The position numbers were made by a program, and so were the translations under genes. Of a DNA stretch of 64,000 nt, positions 1 to 13,345 are shown one piece after another. The notes below the pieces were generated by a model. It saw only the letters and a program-made list of their open reading frames with translations. It ran no database searches and had not been told where the DNA came from. How positions within the stretch are numbered: position 1 is the stretch's first letter; every line of letters starts with the position of its first letter. The DNA comes from Felis catus (taxonomy: Eukaryota), in assembly GCF_018350175.1 (NCBI RefSeq), contig NC_058368.1:97218001-97282000 (forward strand), written 5' to 3'.

Positions 1-574
1 AGAAGTGTCTATTCATGTTTTCCGCCCATTTCTTCACTGGGTTATTTGTTTTTCGGGTGTGGAGTTTGGTGAGCTCTTTATAGATTTTGGATACTAGTCC
101 TTTGTCTGATATGTCATTTGCAAATATCTTTTCCCATTCCGTTGGTTGCCTTTTAGTTTTGTTGGTTGTTTCCTTTGCTGTGCAGAAGCTTTTTATCTTC
201 ATAAGGTCCCAGTAATTCATTTTTGCTTTTAATTCCCTTGCCTTTGGGGATGTGTTGAGTAAGAGATTGCTACGGCTGAGGTCAGAGAGGTCTTTTCCTG
301 CTTTCTCCTCTAGGGTTTTGATGGTTTCCTGTCTCACATTCAGGTCCTTTATCCATTTTGAATTTATTTTTGTGAATGGTGTGAGAAAGTGGTCTAGTTT
401 CAACCTTCTGCATGTTGCTGTCCAGTTCTCCCAGCACCATTTGTTAAAGAGACTGTCTTTTTTCCATTGGATGTTCTTCCCTGCTTTGTCAAAGATTAGT
501 TGGCCATACGTTTGTGGGTCTAGTTCTGGGGTTTCTATTCTATTCCATTGGTCTATGTGTCTGTTTTTGTGCCA
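1..574 (-). mobile_element. Young 5'-truncated LINE-1, ORF2 C-terminal portion, continuing off the window edge
   Basis: Reverse complement translates without stops as [51 protein letters not shown]...[11 protein letters not shown], typical L1 ORF2; similarity ends abruptly at ~574. Confidence 0.95.
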
Positions 575-1916
575 TCTCCTTGGTTAATTTAAAATCTCAA
601 CTTATGGAGATCTCTTTCATTGGGACAGTTTTCTGGAATTCCCAAGGATGAGATGCCCTGAGATCATAAGCAACAAAGATGCTTATATTTTGATCATTAC
701 CACCTCAAGGGACTTGCTCAACAAACAAAACACCACAAACAACACAGTTGGGCTCTGTCGGTGGCTTAGAATCCCTCTTTTCAAATACCATTGTGACATT
801 ACTCCAACATTGGCCAAATTACCAGCAAAGAGTCATCATGGTTTTGATATTATCTCTGGCAAACTATTAAAAAGAAAACATGAGAGAGGCCAAGGTACTA
901 TAAAAAGAAGAAAGGACTCCTACCAAAGAATTTGATAAAAATGACTTTGCCCCAGGTTGCTAACTTTACCTTAGAAGAAAACACGGCTATGATTTTGATT
1001 TGATGCATTATGAATTCATTCCAATGGGAGCCTTTCTGAAAAGGAAAGCTGTGCAGCCAAAGTATAGATACAAAAGCAAAGGGGTAGTGGCTGTACAGTT
1101 GAGCACACAACAATGGCATTTTTAACATACTATATGGAGGGAATCTTTTAAAAGGAGATTTGGCTCCTGAATAAACTTTTCATGGTAAGCAATCAGGGAA
1201 GTTAAGCTCCCCTTATTAGCCTCTTTTTCTGTTCTTCTCAGTGGCCCGTATCGTTTAAACTAATAAGCAGCAGCAGTTGAAATACACAAAAAGCTCCTGA
1301 TAAACAACAGCTAAGGGAGGCCAGAAAACGGGCAAAATTCAGCTCTCGTGACATAAATCTCAATGCAAATCCAAAACCTGGCATATGTGGCTACGACAGT
1401 GCCCCCAAATGACACAGAAAGGCATTCGCCTGATCTCTTAAGTATATTTTTCACGTGTTAATGTTACAAGAATGTAAAAAAGAATTCCATTTCCTGCTTG
1501 ATATATTCTCTCCCAATGTCTTCCAGGTCCAAAGATTTGGAGACTCTCCAAACAACACATAATAACACAAGAGGAGGAAGGAAATGAAGGGGGTGTGGGT
1601 AGGTAAGAGCAATTTGCATTTCTCTTGTGTTCCATACTTGTTTAACAGCCTATCATCAATATCACTACTGATTTGGTTTCAGCTAAGTTTCAAGCAAGCG
1701 TGCTGTCAGTACTAGGAAAGGTGATTTCCAGGTTAAAATAAGTAGGGAGTAGGATGACGGTATCTCCATTTTTAGGCATCCCTTGGTTAATGGCATCTGC
1801 ATTTCATTCTTGGTTGCCCAGTGCAAACTGCCTCACTTCTTTATGTAACATAGTCCTCATCAGTCAAGTGGGACTCAAAGCCAGCACCACTCACCCCTGT
1901 AGAAATTCCTCTAGAA

Positions 1917-2051
1917 CAGTGCCACTTCAAGTAGAGTCACAGAGCAGTAGCATAAACATCATCTTCATGCTTGTTAGAAATTGTGAATGACAAGTTCCAG
2001 CCCAGATTTACTGAATTAATCACTCACTTTGACGCACTTTGAGCAGCACTG
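1917..2051 (+). mobile_element. MER5-like hAT-Charlie relic, internally deleted
   Basis: cagtg...cactg termini, internal 'cttgttagaaat...cccagatttactgaat', 8-bp TSD ctctagaa/ccctagaa. Confidence 0.6.
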
Positions 2052-2358
2052 CCCTAGAAGCAAGCTGCCAGTCTGCAGCCTGCCTGTCCCCAGTCCACTA
2101 TAGATAAATACAGACTGTGGGTGTCAGCACTTAAAGCATTCACAGACATGTGACACTCTGGCCGTATCCAAGCACATGAGTGATGGACTCATGTCCTTCA
2201 AAAGCAATGGACCAGTGTAGGGTTTCAGCATTTGTGCGGTGAGCTGTATAAGGCACAATGTGCCACCAGTCATGGATAGCAGAACCCCTCATCATCATGA
2301 TGGATTAAAAAAAAAGAAAATTCCTTCATCAGAGAGTCTGAAAAGTCCTACTCTAGAG

Positions 2359-2583
2359 CAAAGGTCAGTAAACTTTTTCTAAAAAGGACCACACAGTCCA
2401 TAAAGCTTAATATCTTAAGCTCTGTAGGTCATAAAGTCTCTGTAGCAACTACTTACCTGCAATTATAAAGCAAAAGCATTAAGAAAGTGTAAGCAAATGA
2501 GCATGACTGTTCCAACAAAACTTTATCTACCAAAACAAGCGGAGGGCCAGATCTGGCCCAGAGGCTGCTCTGTGCCAACTCCT
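2359..2583 (+). mobile_element. MER58A-like hAT-Charlie element
   Basis: 'aaactttttct...tgttccaacaaaactttatctaccaaaacaagcggagggccagatctggccc' matches recalled MER58A; flanks ctctagag/ctttaaag. Confidence 0.75.
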
Positions 2584-2909
2584 CTTTAAAGGATGACTGG
2601 TGACCAAATATGATGACATCAGAAGATTCTGCCAAATCTGCTTGATTTCACGCAACCCTTACTTTCGAGAACTGAGAAGATGAAACAAACCACCACGATC
2701 CTCTACTTTTGTCAGTGGTTTTCCTTCCTTACAGTGACCACAGAAATAGAAATTGTACCTCCCCCTTTGCTCCTGTAACAGTGAGAAACCTGAGGACAAA
2801 GCCAAACACATCTGGTCAACCTTCAACTACCACCCTAACAAAAAAAAGAGGATCAAAAAGGAAATGGCCGCATCACAGAAGGAAAAGTTAAGTCTCCCTT
2901 CCTCTAGTT

Positions 2910-3138
2910 CCGGGATCTACAAAGTATGGCCCATTGGTGAATGGCGTCTGCCAAATTCAGCCTGCCACCTGTTTCTATAAATAAAGTTTTATTGGAACAA
3001 AGCCATGACAACACAATTACAAACTGTCTACAGCTGCTTTTGAAGTACAGTGGCAGGGGGGAGCACCAACCTTATGTCCCACAAAGCCTAAAATATTTAC
3101 TATTTGGATCTTTAAAGAAAAAAAAAATGCAGCCTCTG
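2910..3138 (-). mobile_element. MER58A-like element, opposite orientation
   Basis: 'ataaagttttattggaacaaagcca...cccacaaagcctaaaatatttactatttgg' is the reverse complement of the MER58A core. Confidence 0.75.
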
Positions 3139-3889
3139 CTATGTTCCTCCCATGACTAGCAGCCCCTTGTTCCAGTCCAGAAAGCCTCAAGCAAGTAGGT
3201 AAGAAGACAGATATCTACAACGCCATTAGCAGGACTTCTGCCAACTACTTTCTCTGGAAAAATCTTCTTTTGCTAAACAAAGTGGCATAGTGAGAGGCTT
3301 CTTGCTGAGTTCCTCCCAAGTTTCTTGGTGGCTTTCAAGTCCCTTTTAAATAACTTCTTTTAACTATTAAAAATATACAGGCAGGGTTACTTATTGATGA
3401 AGCAGTCTATTAGTCATGTAAAGGCAGCATTAACTTGGTGCCTTTTTACATTAAACTCATACAAAGAATATTAAAAGCCTTGACAAGAAAAAAAAAAAAA
3501 CTTGACAAGATAGACAAAAACATCCTTGCATGTAGATCTCTGGAACATTCCCAGAGTGAGCGAACAAATGAGTTCTCTTATTTCCCAGAGAACTGGGGGC
3601 TTTGTTTTTGTCAGAACTTCAAAGAATACAAAGCATCATAAATACATGGAGCAAACTTCAACAAACAAAACCTTCCGGCCTTTGAATCCATTGTGAGTAA
3701 CACACATAACATGAAGGAAAGTAGGCTGCAAGAGTCTGGGTAATAGCAGAAATTCACCAAAAAAAAAAAAAAAAGCGCTGTGTAACATGGTGCTAACAAA
3801 ACACAGTTGTTTCACTGGTAGCCAGTTGGAAGGAAACAAGTGCCGTATCAGTTACCTAATGGTCTGTGGAGGCGCCTTATAAATACTAC

Positions 3890-3924
3890 TAGTGCCACCT
3901 TCTGGTCATCTGATGCTACTGCAT
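3890..3924 (-). promoter_or_regulatory. CTCF motif with upstream (ZF9-11) module
   Basis: Minus strand reads ATGCAGTAGC-ATCAGA-TGACCAGAAGGTGGCACTA: a strong core plus a TGCAG module at about the expected spacing. Confidence 0.65.
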
Positions 3925-5224
3925 GCCCCTTATCCCATCTTGGCCTCATTTCCCCCAAGCCACTGAATAACGTGTGTCCTAGAATCATGGACTAAATAGA
4001 AAAAAAGATCTGCAGAGCTCTCTACAGATCTTCACAGATTACGGAGACCCCAGACCAACCTGCCTTCGTGCTGACGTTTAATACTGACTTTTGAGACCAC
4101 AGGGTGGCTACGTTGGAAAGACCAGAATCGCTTCTGACCTTATTTTTTGGCTCCAAAAGCTTGAGAATTCTGTAAACCAGAGAGATAGGATTATACAACT
4201 AGATTTCCACCCCCTCACAGCTCTCTTCATGCCCCAAAGATAGCCAGGCAAAGGGAAGTCATTGGACAAGTTGAAAAAGATGAGAGGTATGTTACTGTTC
4301 GGAGCCACTTTTCCCTGATAGTGAAGAAAGAGACTCTTGGGTTTGGAACCAGGTTTCTTTAGGCAGGTTGCCATGCTCCTGATGAGAGCATTTTAGGAGT
4401 CAGAGGTTGGTAGGAGAAGTAGTTTCTCTTCTGTTTTATAACACTTGCTGCAGAAGTGAGTCTCAGGAAATAAACAGAGGAAGTGCCCAGAACCTGCTGG
4501 GAAAAGCCCACCTACACAACCACAGGAATAGAACCAGCCTTGCTCTTCACACACAGACATTCTCTGCCTTATCTGCCTTCATCCTCAATCACATTCTGGA
4601 TACAGAGCAGGGCAAGGCCTGGCCACAAGGTTTCAAGGAGTAAGATCAGGAAGGGAAAGCTTAAAGCACGACAGGGAGGTGAGGCCCCGTGGGAAATACA
4701 TTAGGGCCTGGGGGGAAAGTGAAAGTTTCATAGTGTCTTCCTTGACTGAGATCAGAGCCTGGCCTGCCTGTGCTAAACCCTTTGCTTCTGATTTGAAAAA
4801 CATTTGGCTTCCTGAAGAGTAAAAACTATTAAGGGCCTTTTCGTAATCCATCTTGCACATCTTCAGAATTGACGTCAGCAAGTCACGAAGGGAGTTTCTA
4901 CCAGTCCTCCCTGGGCGGAGTGATGATGGCAATGATACAGGGCCATTGTGGCCCAGGATCCCCAAGGGGAGGGAAAGGAAGGATGTTCACAGGGATCTTC
5001 TGGGCTCTGTCAGGAAGAGGGAGAAACACATCCCTCTAAGGAAAAAAAGGCATTTGTCTCAAAGAAAAATGGCTGTACTGGGGGGAAATGTCATACTTAA
5101 TGAAGCTAACCAATGGTAAAGGAAGCAAGCTGCAATCTCTTCAGAATGTTAGAAAAATAATGTTTATGTTTAGAAGATGTTGTTATCATTTACAATTATA
5201 GCTGCCATTTGTTGATGGACACTG

Positions 5225-5360
5225 TTTTCCTTTAATCATAGAGGCGTTTATTACCCCTGTTCTACAGATGATCAAACTGAGGTTCAAGAAAGTTCAGTAA
5301 CTTTCCCAAGGTCAACAGGGAGTAGGCAGAAATAATCCCAGTTCTGTCTCAGTCCACTCC
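5225..5360 (-). mobile_element. MIR fragment
   Basis: 'tacagatgatcaaactgaggttcaagaaagttcagtaactttcccaaggtca' is the MIR core. Confidence 0.7.
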
Positions 5361-6091
5361 ACCCCCAGCTTCCATGATTCGAGCAGTTGGTTTGTTCTCA
5401 TGAAATTAAGCTTGCACATGAGCACATGTACTGAGATTCTCACATTTTGGAAACTGAAGACTGGAAAGACAGACTTCCACATTGACATCAGAGATTGGCA
5501 GACTCACGCTTACAAACAAGTGACCCCTCCAAACTCCCAGTTGAAATGGACCAGGATGGCCAGGGCTGCCTCTATCAACAGCGCTTCCTGCAGCTGGAAC
5601 CATGGTAGCTGTTTCACCTCTTGCCAAGTCAACAGCCTGAAGTGCACTGCCCATTCTCAGCCCCACATAGTCATCATCTCACTGTTAGCTTTTCTGTCTC
5701 CTGTACTTTTTATTTGGACCCTTCCAAGGTGAGAAAGGGGTCTACAATTTATAGCAGGTAGATGTTTTACACTGAGCCTTGACAGGGAATTCACCAGACT
5801 CCTCCAGCAGAAGCCAGCCAGCAGGACACTCGATGATCAAGAGAGTTAGGGAATATCTCCACAATGACCTGAGAAGACACCAAAAACAGCACAGGGACCC
5901 AAAGACTGGCTATCCCATCCTGATTTCCTTAAGGTACCCTGTGCTGATATGTACATGGCACCTCGGAACAGAAAGTGAAGAGGCAAATATTCAAAAGGAG
6001 AGAAATAACCTAACTTTGAATCTTGAATGAAATGAATATTTACCCCAAAGACCCTGAGCTAACTTAAGAGAGACTATTTCAAAACACAAGA

Positions 6092-6257
6092 GGGGCAACT
6101 GGGTGGCTCAGTCAGTTAAGCGTCTGACTTCAGCTCAGGTCATGATCTCACAGCTCATGAGTTCGAGCCCCACGTCAGGCTCTGTGCAGACACCTCAGAG
6201 CCTGGAGCCTGCTTCGGATTCTGTGTCTCCCTCTCGTTCTGCCCCTCCACTGCTTGT

Positions 6258-6302
<45 letters not shown>

Positions 6303-6342
6303 AAAATAAACAAACATTAAAAAATATTTAGAAAAAAAAAAG
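6092..6342 (+). mobile_element. Can-SINE
   Basis: tRNA-like head, (CT)n, A-rich tail; TSD aaaacacaaga/aaaacagaaga. Confidence 0.95.
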
Positions 6343-6478
6343 AAAACAGAAGAGACAAAGTTACCAAGATACTAAGAACTGGAAAGTTTTAGATTTATTT
6401 TTCTTGCTCCCAAATGGAATAAGGGATTGAGGAAAAGATGAGGTCACTTACGGAAAATAAAGAGTACTGGTTTTGGCT

Positions 6479-6494
6479 GGGGGGGGGGGGGGGG
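6479..6494. repeat. G16 homopolymer
   Basis: 16 consecutive G. Confidence 0.9.
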
Positions 6495-6564
6495 TTGCAC
6501 ATTTAAGTTGTAATATATAAATGTTGTCTCACCTGTGCCTGTGTATTAGTTTGTGTTTTATGTT

Positions 6565-6830
6565 AGATAGCCTGATTTCCTTTTTGACATGCCAATCCAC
6601 ACAAGGATTTCAGCAAGGCATTTTTATAAAGTCTCCCCTGGTATCTTTGTGGACAAGGTGGAGAAATGTAGGCTGGATGATAAAACACTTAGGTGAACTC
6701 TCAAGCTGCCTATATTTTGTTCCTTTTTGGACACCAAATTTTCAGGGAGACACTGACAAAGTGGATTTTCCTGTAACAAAATGGTCAGAATGACGAAGAA
6801 TCTGGTAATCCTGTCCTAGGAGGGAAAGAA
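6565..6830 (+). mobile_element. CR1/L3 LINE relic
   Basis: 'gatttcagcaaggcattt...gtggacaaggtggagaaatgtaggctggatga' resembles the CR1 RT DFSKAF region. Confidence 0.55.
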
Positions 6831-9599
6831 TGTTTTATCTTAGAAAAATGAAGGCTCTGGGTGGAGGCGGGAAGGAGGTATGCATTGGTGATAGAGTGGA
6901 ATGAGTGCTCTCTTGGAGGCAACCAAGGTTCAAATCATGAATCTTCCTTACTACAAAATTTTTTTGTGTCCTTACCATGCACTTACCATGCTCTCTATTG
7001 TAACTCCATTTTTTGCAACAATATCTACAGGGCAGGGTGAGCAACGCAGCATACTGGAAGACACAGAGCCAGGGCTAGAGAGAACTGGGTAGCACAACTA
7101 GGAAACCTGGGGAAAGGATCAGCAGCCCCAGGGAGGTGTTACTATTCACCAAGTAAGTTCCTAGTCTAGATAGGGCATTTCGGGAGTTATTCCAGATGGA
7201 AAGCAACAGGGTTCTAATCACCAAGATGCAGAGGGAATGTGGTCAATGGGCAAATGGGGTGGAAATGGTAGGAGGGGTGAATCTGGAGTACGTCTGTAAC
7301 TGAGAAAGATCCTTCCAAGAACTGATGGGGATGTTTGCAAACAAGGCTGAAACCCTGGATGTGGATCTGACAGGAATACACAGAAATCAATCCCCTGCCA
7401 GCTTGGCTCGAAGGGAGGATTTCCCAAAACCTTACTGAAGGAGATGTGGAGAAAGCCCAGAAAAAGGATCTGTCTACCCCAAGGGAGATATATCTATTGG
7501 ACCAGCGACGCCTGCAATTCCACTTCAGGATGATCATTCCTTTGGCTTAAATGTAAACGGTCCTTAAGTATTTCTTATCAAAATGTCAGCGTTCTTGGGA
7601 GAAATAATACATTAGGCATTACAGTGCATTAATAGCTTAATGAGGCTTGGTTCCAGAAGACGTACTCATTTTCAGTAGTGACAGCTAATGGGGATCCAGG
7701 CTGCAAGGTCAGGTATCTTCTTTGTTTAGTTTAGATGATTGTTTGGGGGAGCCAGACGAGGGCAAGGTGCACCACCTAGGGCCAGCGGGCCTAGGCAGGC
7801 AGAGCAGGGAGGACCCCGCACATCTGGAGGCAAGGACAGGTAGAGAATGAGGATGAGCCCCAGAAACAGGAGAGGGGCAGTGGAAGGGAGGTCTGAGGGC
7901 CCCTTAGGCAAACCTCATCCACATCATAGTTCAGTCGAGGGCCAGGCTGGTCTATTGCTGCTTTATTTCACATCTCTTTGCCAACAGCAAAATAAACATG
8001 CACTGATTCAGTGAGTTCCTTCCATCATTTGAAAAAATGCTGCTTAACAGAACAGCTGAAAGGAGACCATTTGTTCATTCATAAGGCATGACGTTGCGAT
8101 GATTAAACTGGTTTATCTGAGGACCTTCCATCTAAAATGCAGACATTTGCCTTTTGCAAAATGCAAAGAGCTGATCTCTCCTCATCTTCTTTCATACTCA
8201 GAACCTACGAAAATCAGAGGGAGGGCGGGGGGATGCCCAGGAAGCCAAAAGAAATGCTCCAAAGTCAGTGTATGAAATACATGCGTTTGAATTACGTGCC
8301 AGCATTTCAGGTCTTCCCAGCTTAGAAACAGAAACTAAGAAGGAAGCCCAGAAGTCTCTTAGAAGCAGGTACCCTGACAGTTCTCAGAAGTGACAGTTAC
8401 CAGAAATAGAGACATACCACAAAATTAAGAGAGCTTAACAACTTGGGGTCATGTGCACAGAGGAAAAGATCTCTAGTTGTTTCAAAGTCCATGGGGACAC
8501 AGAAAGCAGAAGTTCATGGCTGAGGCAAAGTTACTGGGAAAAGAATAGAATGGGATGAAATAATTCTAGGAATACTGACCTCGAATGAAGCCTCACGACC
8601 TTTATTTTCTGTGTCCTATATGGGCATCCTTCTAGAAAGTGAAATTGTTTAATATCTCAAATGCATCCCTACGCACTGATAGAGTTAATAAATATTACAC
8701 TGCCACCGCATTCATGATTGGACTCGTGAGAGGTTAAGTCATCACCAGTAAGGTGCTGCACGAGGGAAAAACTAATGCGCAAAGGATTAATACCTCACGT
8801 AAATTCAGACATGAAGAGGCCTCAAGTATCTCCCAACAAACACAAAGACGGACAGGGGATTTACTCTAGAAATAATATGACACAAAAAGATTCCAGAGAG
8901 AACAGATTGGAGAACCACCAAGCTGACATATCGGTGACGGTCCCTCAATTTTAAAGCCTAGAGGTGAGTGTGAGACCTTGGAGATTCCTTACAGAATCGG
9001 GTAGCGGTCTTCTCGTACTAGTTCACCTGCTTAGATCTGGCCTTGACATAGGTACGCTCATACAAGTATTCCTCTCCACAGACAGCAAAGTACCACCTGT
9101 CTGACAGGAAGAGTTCATACCACACCTCTAGTGGGCTTGCATCAAAAAGACACCCTTGCTAATGGAGCACCATTTGTGAGAGGTTCACTGAGACTCCTAG
9201 GACCGAGATGGGGAGGAGACAGAATATAAAAAGCACATTTCCTATTTAGTCCACTCCATCCCAATAAACATTTTCAGAAAAGCTTATATGTGAAGAATAT
9301 TAAATATGATTAGCCTTAGGCAAATCCATATGGAAACTGCAAAATCTATCAAGCACTGAAAACAGTAAGTTTTATTAACCCAGGTAGGGCTTTTACAAAA
9401 TATTATTTCTTTTTTAATAAACTATCTAGGGGGACAAGAAAAGTACATGCTTTTAAATATGATGCATTTGGGTAGACATTTACCGTTGCCTTTCCAGCTT
9501 CCATTATGCCTTCCTAGGACCTTGATTTTCAATTGAGAACTTATCCCTTGCTGTCTTTCTATCCACTGGACTCCTGAGGGTTCCACTGACCCAACAGAA

Positions 9600-9960
9600 A
9601 TCAATGATCCAGCCTCAGTCAACCAGTGTGTAGTATTTCCCTACATCACAGTAAAGGTTCAGAGGTGGGCATGTGATCCAAATCATTTCCATCAGCGTGA
9701 ATGGCATAAGCTTTACAGGATCCACTGAAAAAGAGGCAGATGGTAGTGAGGCATAAAGCTGCAGCAAGGGGGCTGACCACAGAGGGAAGACAATCTAGAG
9801 GAAGGAAATGAGAGACAGAGAGAAACAGAGTCCTGGTGACACCGTTTAAGCCCTGTCCTCCAACAGCTGGACTCAAACCTCTCACTTTTGACAAGCATTG
9901 AATGCCCCTCTTGCTAAGCTCATCTGTGTTGGTTTTCTGTTAATAACAACTAAAATCAAT
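9600..9960 (+). mobile_element. MLT1-type (MaLR) solo LTR
   Basis: 'ggttcagaggtgggcatgtgatccaa' and the 3' 'gttggttttctgttaataacaactaaaa' are typical of old MLT1. Confidence 0.6.
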
Positions 9961-10196
9961 GACTGTAATGATTTCAGATAAATGAGATGCTAGTCAATAG
10001 AAATGAACATTCATGGAGCCAATATAATTGCACATCGGTTAATACTTTTCACTTAGATCTCAAAATCATGTTTTCTTCTTATGCTAAACCTCAGGAATTA
10101 TGAGTTCTTCCTGAAGACAGGACTCCCAGGTTTTGCAGCTGTAATCTACAGCACATTGGAATATTCTTATTGCCTTCTTTAAAAACCCTGAAATGC

Positions 10197-10410
10197 GGGG
10201 CGCCTGGGTGGCGCAGTCGGTTAAGCGTCCGACTTCAGCCAGGTCACGATCTCGCGGTCCGGGAGTTCGAGCTCAGAACCTGGATCCTGTTTCCGATTCT
10301 GTGTCTCCCTCTCTCTCTCTGCCCCTCCCCCGTTCATGCTCTGTCTCTCTCTGTCCCAAAAATAAATAAAAACGTTGAAAAAAAAATTTAAAAAAATAAA
10401 TAAAAAAAAT
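10197..10410 (+). mobile_element. Young felid Can-SINE with a ~26-nt internal deletion
   Basis: CpG-rich head ggggcgcctgggtggcgcagtcgg; perfect 15-bp TSD aaaaaccctgaaatg (10181-10195/10411-10425). Confidence 0.95.
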
Positions 10411-10575
10411 AAAAACCCTGAAATGAGAATTTTTTTTCCACTTAATTTTCCTTAATTTTTTTCTCACTAGAATTTCCCTCAATGTTCTCTTAAAATTTCC
10501 TTAACTCTTCTTCACTGAAATCAAATATGAAACATTTCCTCTACAATAAAAACTTTCTCTGAAATTGCAAGGACT

Positions 10576-10799
10576 GGGGCGTGTGGGTGGCTGAGTCGGC
10601 TAAGCGTCCAACTCTTGACTTCGGCTTGGGTCGTGATCTCACGGTTCGTGAGTTTAAGCCCCACATTGGACTCTGTGCTGACAGTGTGGAGCCTGCTTGG
10701 GATTCTGCCTCCCTCTCTCTCTACCCCTCCCCCACTTGCTCTCTTTCTCTCACTCAAAATAAATAAAAATAAACTTTAACAAAAAAAAAGAAAGAAAGA
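10576..10799 (+). mobile_element. Can-SINE
   Basis: Head, CT region and A tail; TSD aaattgcaa(g/t)gact. Confidence 0.95.
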
Positions 10800-12609
10800 A
10801 AATTGCAATGACTGAAAACAGTGGGATTTTAATGGTGAATAATTCATAAATTATTCTTAGGGATCATTCTCAAAAATAATTATTACACTCAGCATATATA
10901 ACATGAAATAATGTATAAAATGTATGGAAATTGTTTAAAAAGTGAGTAGGGCCCCAATCCAAAACCAACCAAAAAAATTAAAAGAAAAACTGCCTGCAAG
11001 TATAATAAACACATTTCACAAATGTCCTTACCCACTGATATGGGTCTAGTGCAAAGGGTGAGTCAGCCTGAAACTCACTTCACCCTACGTCAACCTCAGA
11101 GCCAGTCCTGGGACCTACTGGCAAGGTTACTCTAATTCCCCTTGGCTCAACCCAACACAGCCGTGCTCATATGCCCTGAAATGGAAAAAGCCTTTGAAGT
11201 AAACTCTCCAAATGGGCATAAAGTGCCTACTGAAACCAAGAAAACTTCCTCATTGTGGGGCTGACCTCGCCACTCTGCCCACACTCCCCAGAGGTACGGA
11301 CAGTAGCTAGAGCTGAGGAAGTGTGCCATTCAGCAGTTTTGTGCGAACAAAATTTGAGAAATGTGCACAATATGTGTGGAAGCCATTGTTCATATCTAAG
11401 CTTATTAGCTGTAAGAGTTCCTGAGAGGGAAAACGGAATCCCCTGGGAGGAGGGGAGGTTTGAGGGGGCTTCCCGGAGGAACCTTCACGGCAGGCCTCAT
11501 TTCATTACAAATGACTTCACCAGAGGCCTAATGAGAGGAGGTCACAGGTATTGACCTTTCTTCACCGTCTGTTCCCATTTGTTTTATGGAGGAGAGAAAA
11601 TGCCAATGCTCTCCTCATCCTTGAGCCTCAACAAATTCATTCTGCAGATTTTTGCATGGAAGGGCAGACTTTTAAAACAACAACAACAAAATGTCATTGG
11701 AACAGACTTAAGCTTTGTTCACAGACAGACTGATTGCTTACCTGAGCCGCAGTGGATTACTTCCCCCCCCAGCCCTGTCATTTCTTACAAGGGAGGCCTT
11801 GTCAGAACTTTTATGGCCTAACACATCCTTGAATACCACCCACCTCTAATAACACGGCAACACAGTTCACAGAGGGGACTCCACAGGACATGGGAAGAAA
11901 ACAGAGTAATAGTTTACAAATGCAGTTATGGGATTATTAGGCTAATGTATGTAAAGTAAGGTATAAATAATCCAAAAGAGTGGATGTTCCAAAATCTAGC
12001 TATATTTGCCTATGTATATATGGTTAAGTATGTCTGTCAATTGGTGTATTTGTTTTCATTCAGTAAATATTAACTAAATATTTTTTTGTCAGGCACTGTG
12101 CGAGGTACTAAATACACATGCACACACACAAAAAAAAAAAAATAGAAAAGGAATATCTGCCCTCAAAAGTTTCTCCCTCTGGTAAGGAAAACAAGAAAAT
12201 AGACAAAGCTCTATAAAGTTTAACTGAAGAGTGTAGAATATTAAGGAGAATGAACATATTTAGGTACAAGTGTTAACAGAACAGGTCACATGGCTAAGTG
12301 CCAAGAAGCTTCTCAAGAAGATTCTACTTTGGTAAATCTCCAGGTACGAGGCTTGCCGTGCTCCCTGGGAAGCTCAGATATCTGATTTTGTCAGCACACT
12401 GACCATGAATCTGTCTCTGGGACATTAAGTTTTATTAACTGAGCTTAACTGGGAATTCTAATTCTAATTAACAAGTTTACACTGAAACTTGCATTGTCTT
12501 GAGTATCATGGACGGAGGGCTTGAGGAGGTGAAGAGCCACCTTACTCTGCTTCTGAAGACAGCTCTACATACACATTCTCAACCTCGATTGTATTCAGAA
12601 GAGTGTTTA

Positions 12610-12819
12610 TTTTTTTTTTTAATGTTTCATTTGTTTTTGAAAGAGATAAAGAGAAAGAATGTGAGCAGGGGAGGGGGAGAGAAAGACGCAGACACAGAAT
12701 CCAAAGCAGGCTCCAGGCTCAGTGCTGGCAGCCCGATGTGGGGCTTGAACCCACGAGCCATGAGATCAACACCTGGGCCAAAGTCGGACGCTCAACTGAC
12801 TGAGCCACCCAAGCACCCC
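12610..12819 (-). mobile_element. Can-SINE
   Basis: T tail, GA-rich region, ends tgagccacccaagcacccc. Confidence 0.9.
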
Positions 12820-13121
12820 ATAAGAATGTTTAGATAAGTAGAGTGAAAGCTAGAGAAAGTATGCAAATGTAACACGTTTGATGACTTCAGGCTATGGTGG
12901 CATAAGAAATCCATGTGCACACTGGTGAGACCTGCTAAGAATACCTGGATGGTTAACACAATAGTCACCCTCCCCCCAGCTAAGGCAATGGCATGCTTTT
13001 CCTGCTGACCAACCTACTTCCTTACCAACTCTTTTTAAAGTTTAAATATACGTGACTTTTATGTATATAACTTTTATATGGAACATATTTCTCTGACTAC
13101 AGATACCTTAAGAACAAAACA

Positions 13122-13345
13122 GGGGCGCCTGGATGGCTCAGTCGGTTAAGCGGCCGACTTCGGCTCAGGTCATGATCTCACAGTCTGCGAGTTCGAGCCC
13201 CGCGTCAGGCTCTGTGCTGACAGCTCAGAGCCTGGAGCCCGTTTCAGATTCTGTGTCTCCCTCTCTCTCTGCCCCTCCCCTGTTCGTGCTCTCTCTCTGT
13301 CTCAAAAATAAATAAATATTTTAAAAAATTTAAAAAAATTAAAAA
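13122..13345 (+). mobile_element. Can-SINE
   Basis: Full head, body and tail. Confidence 0.95.
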
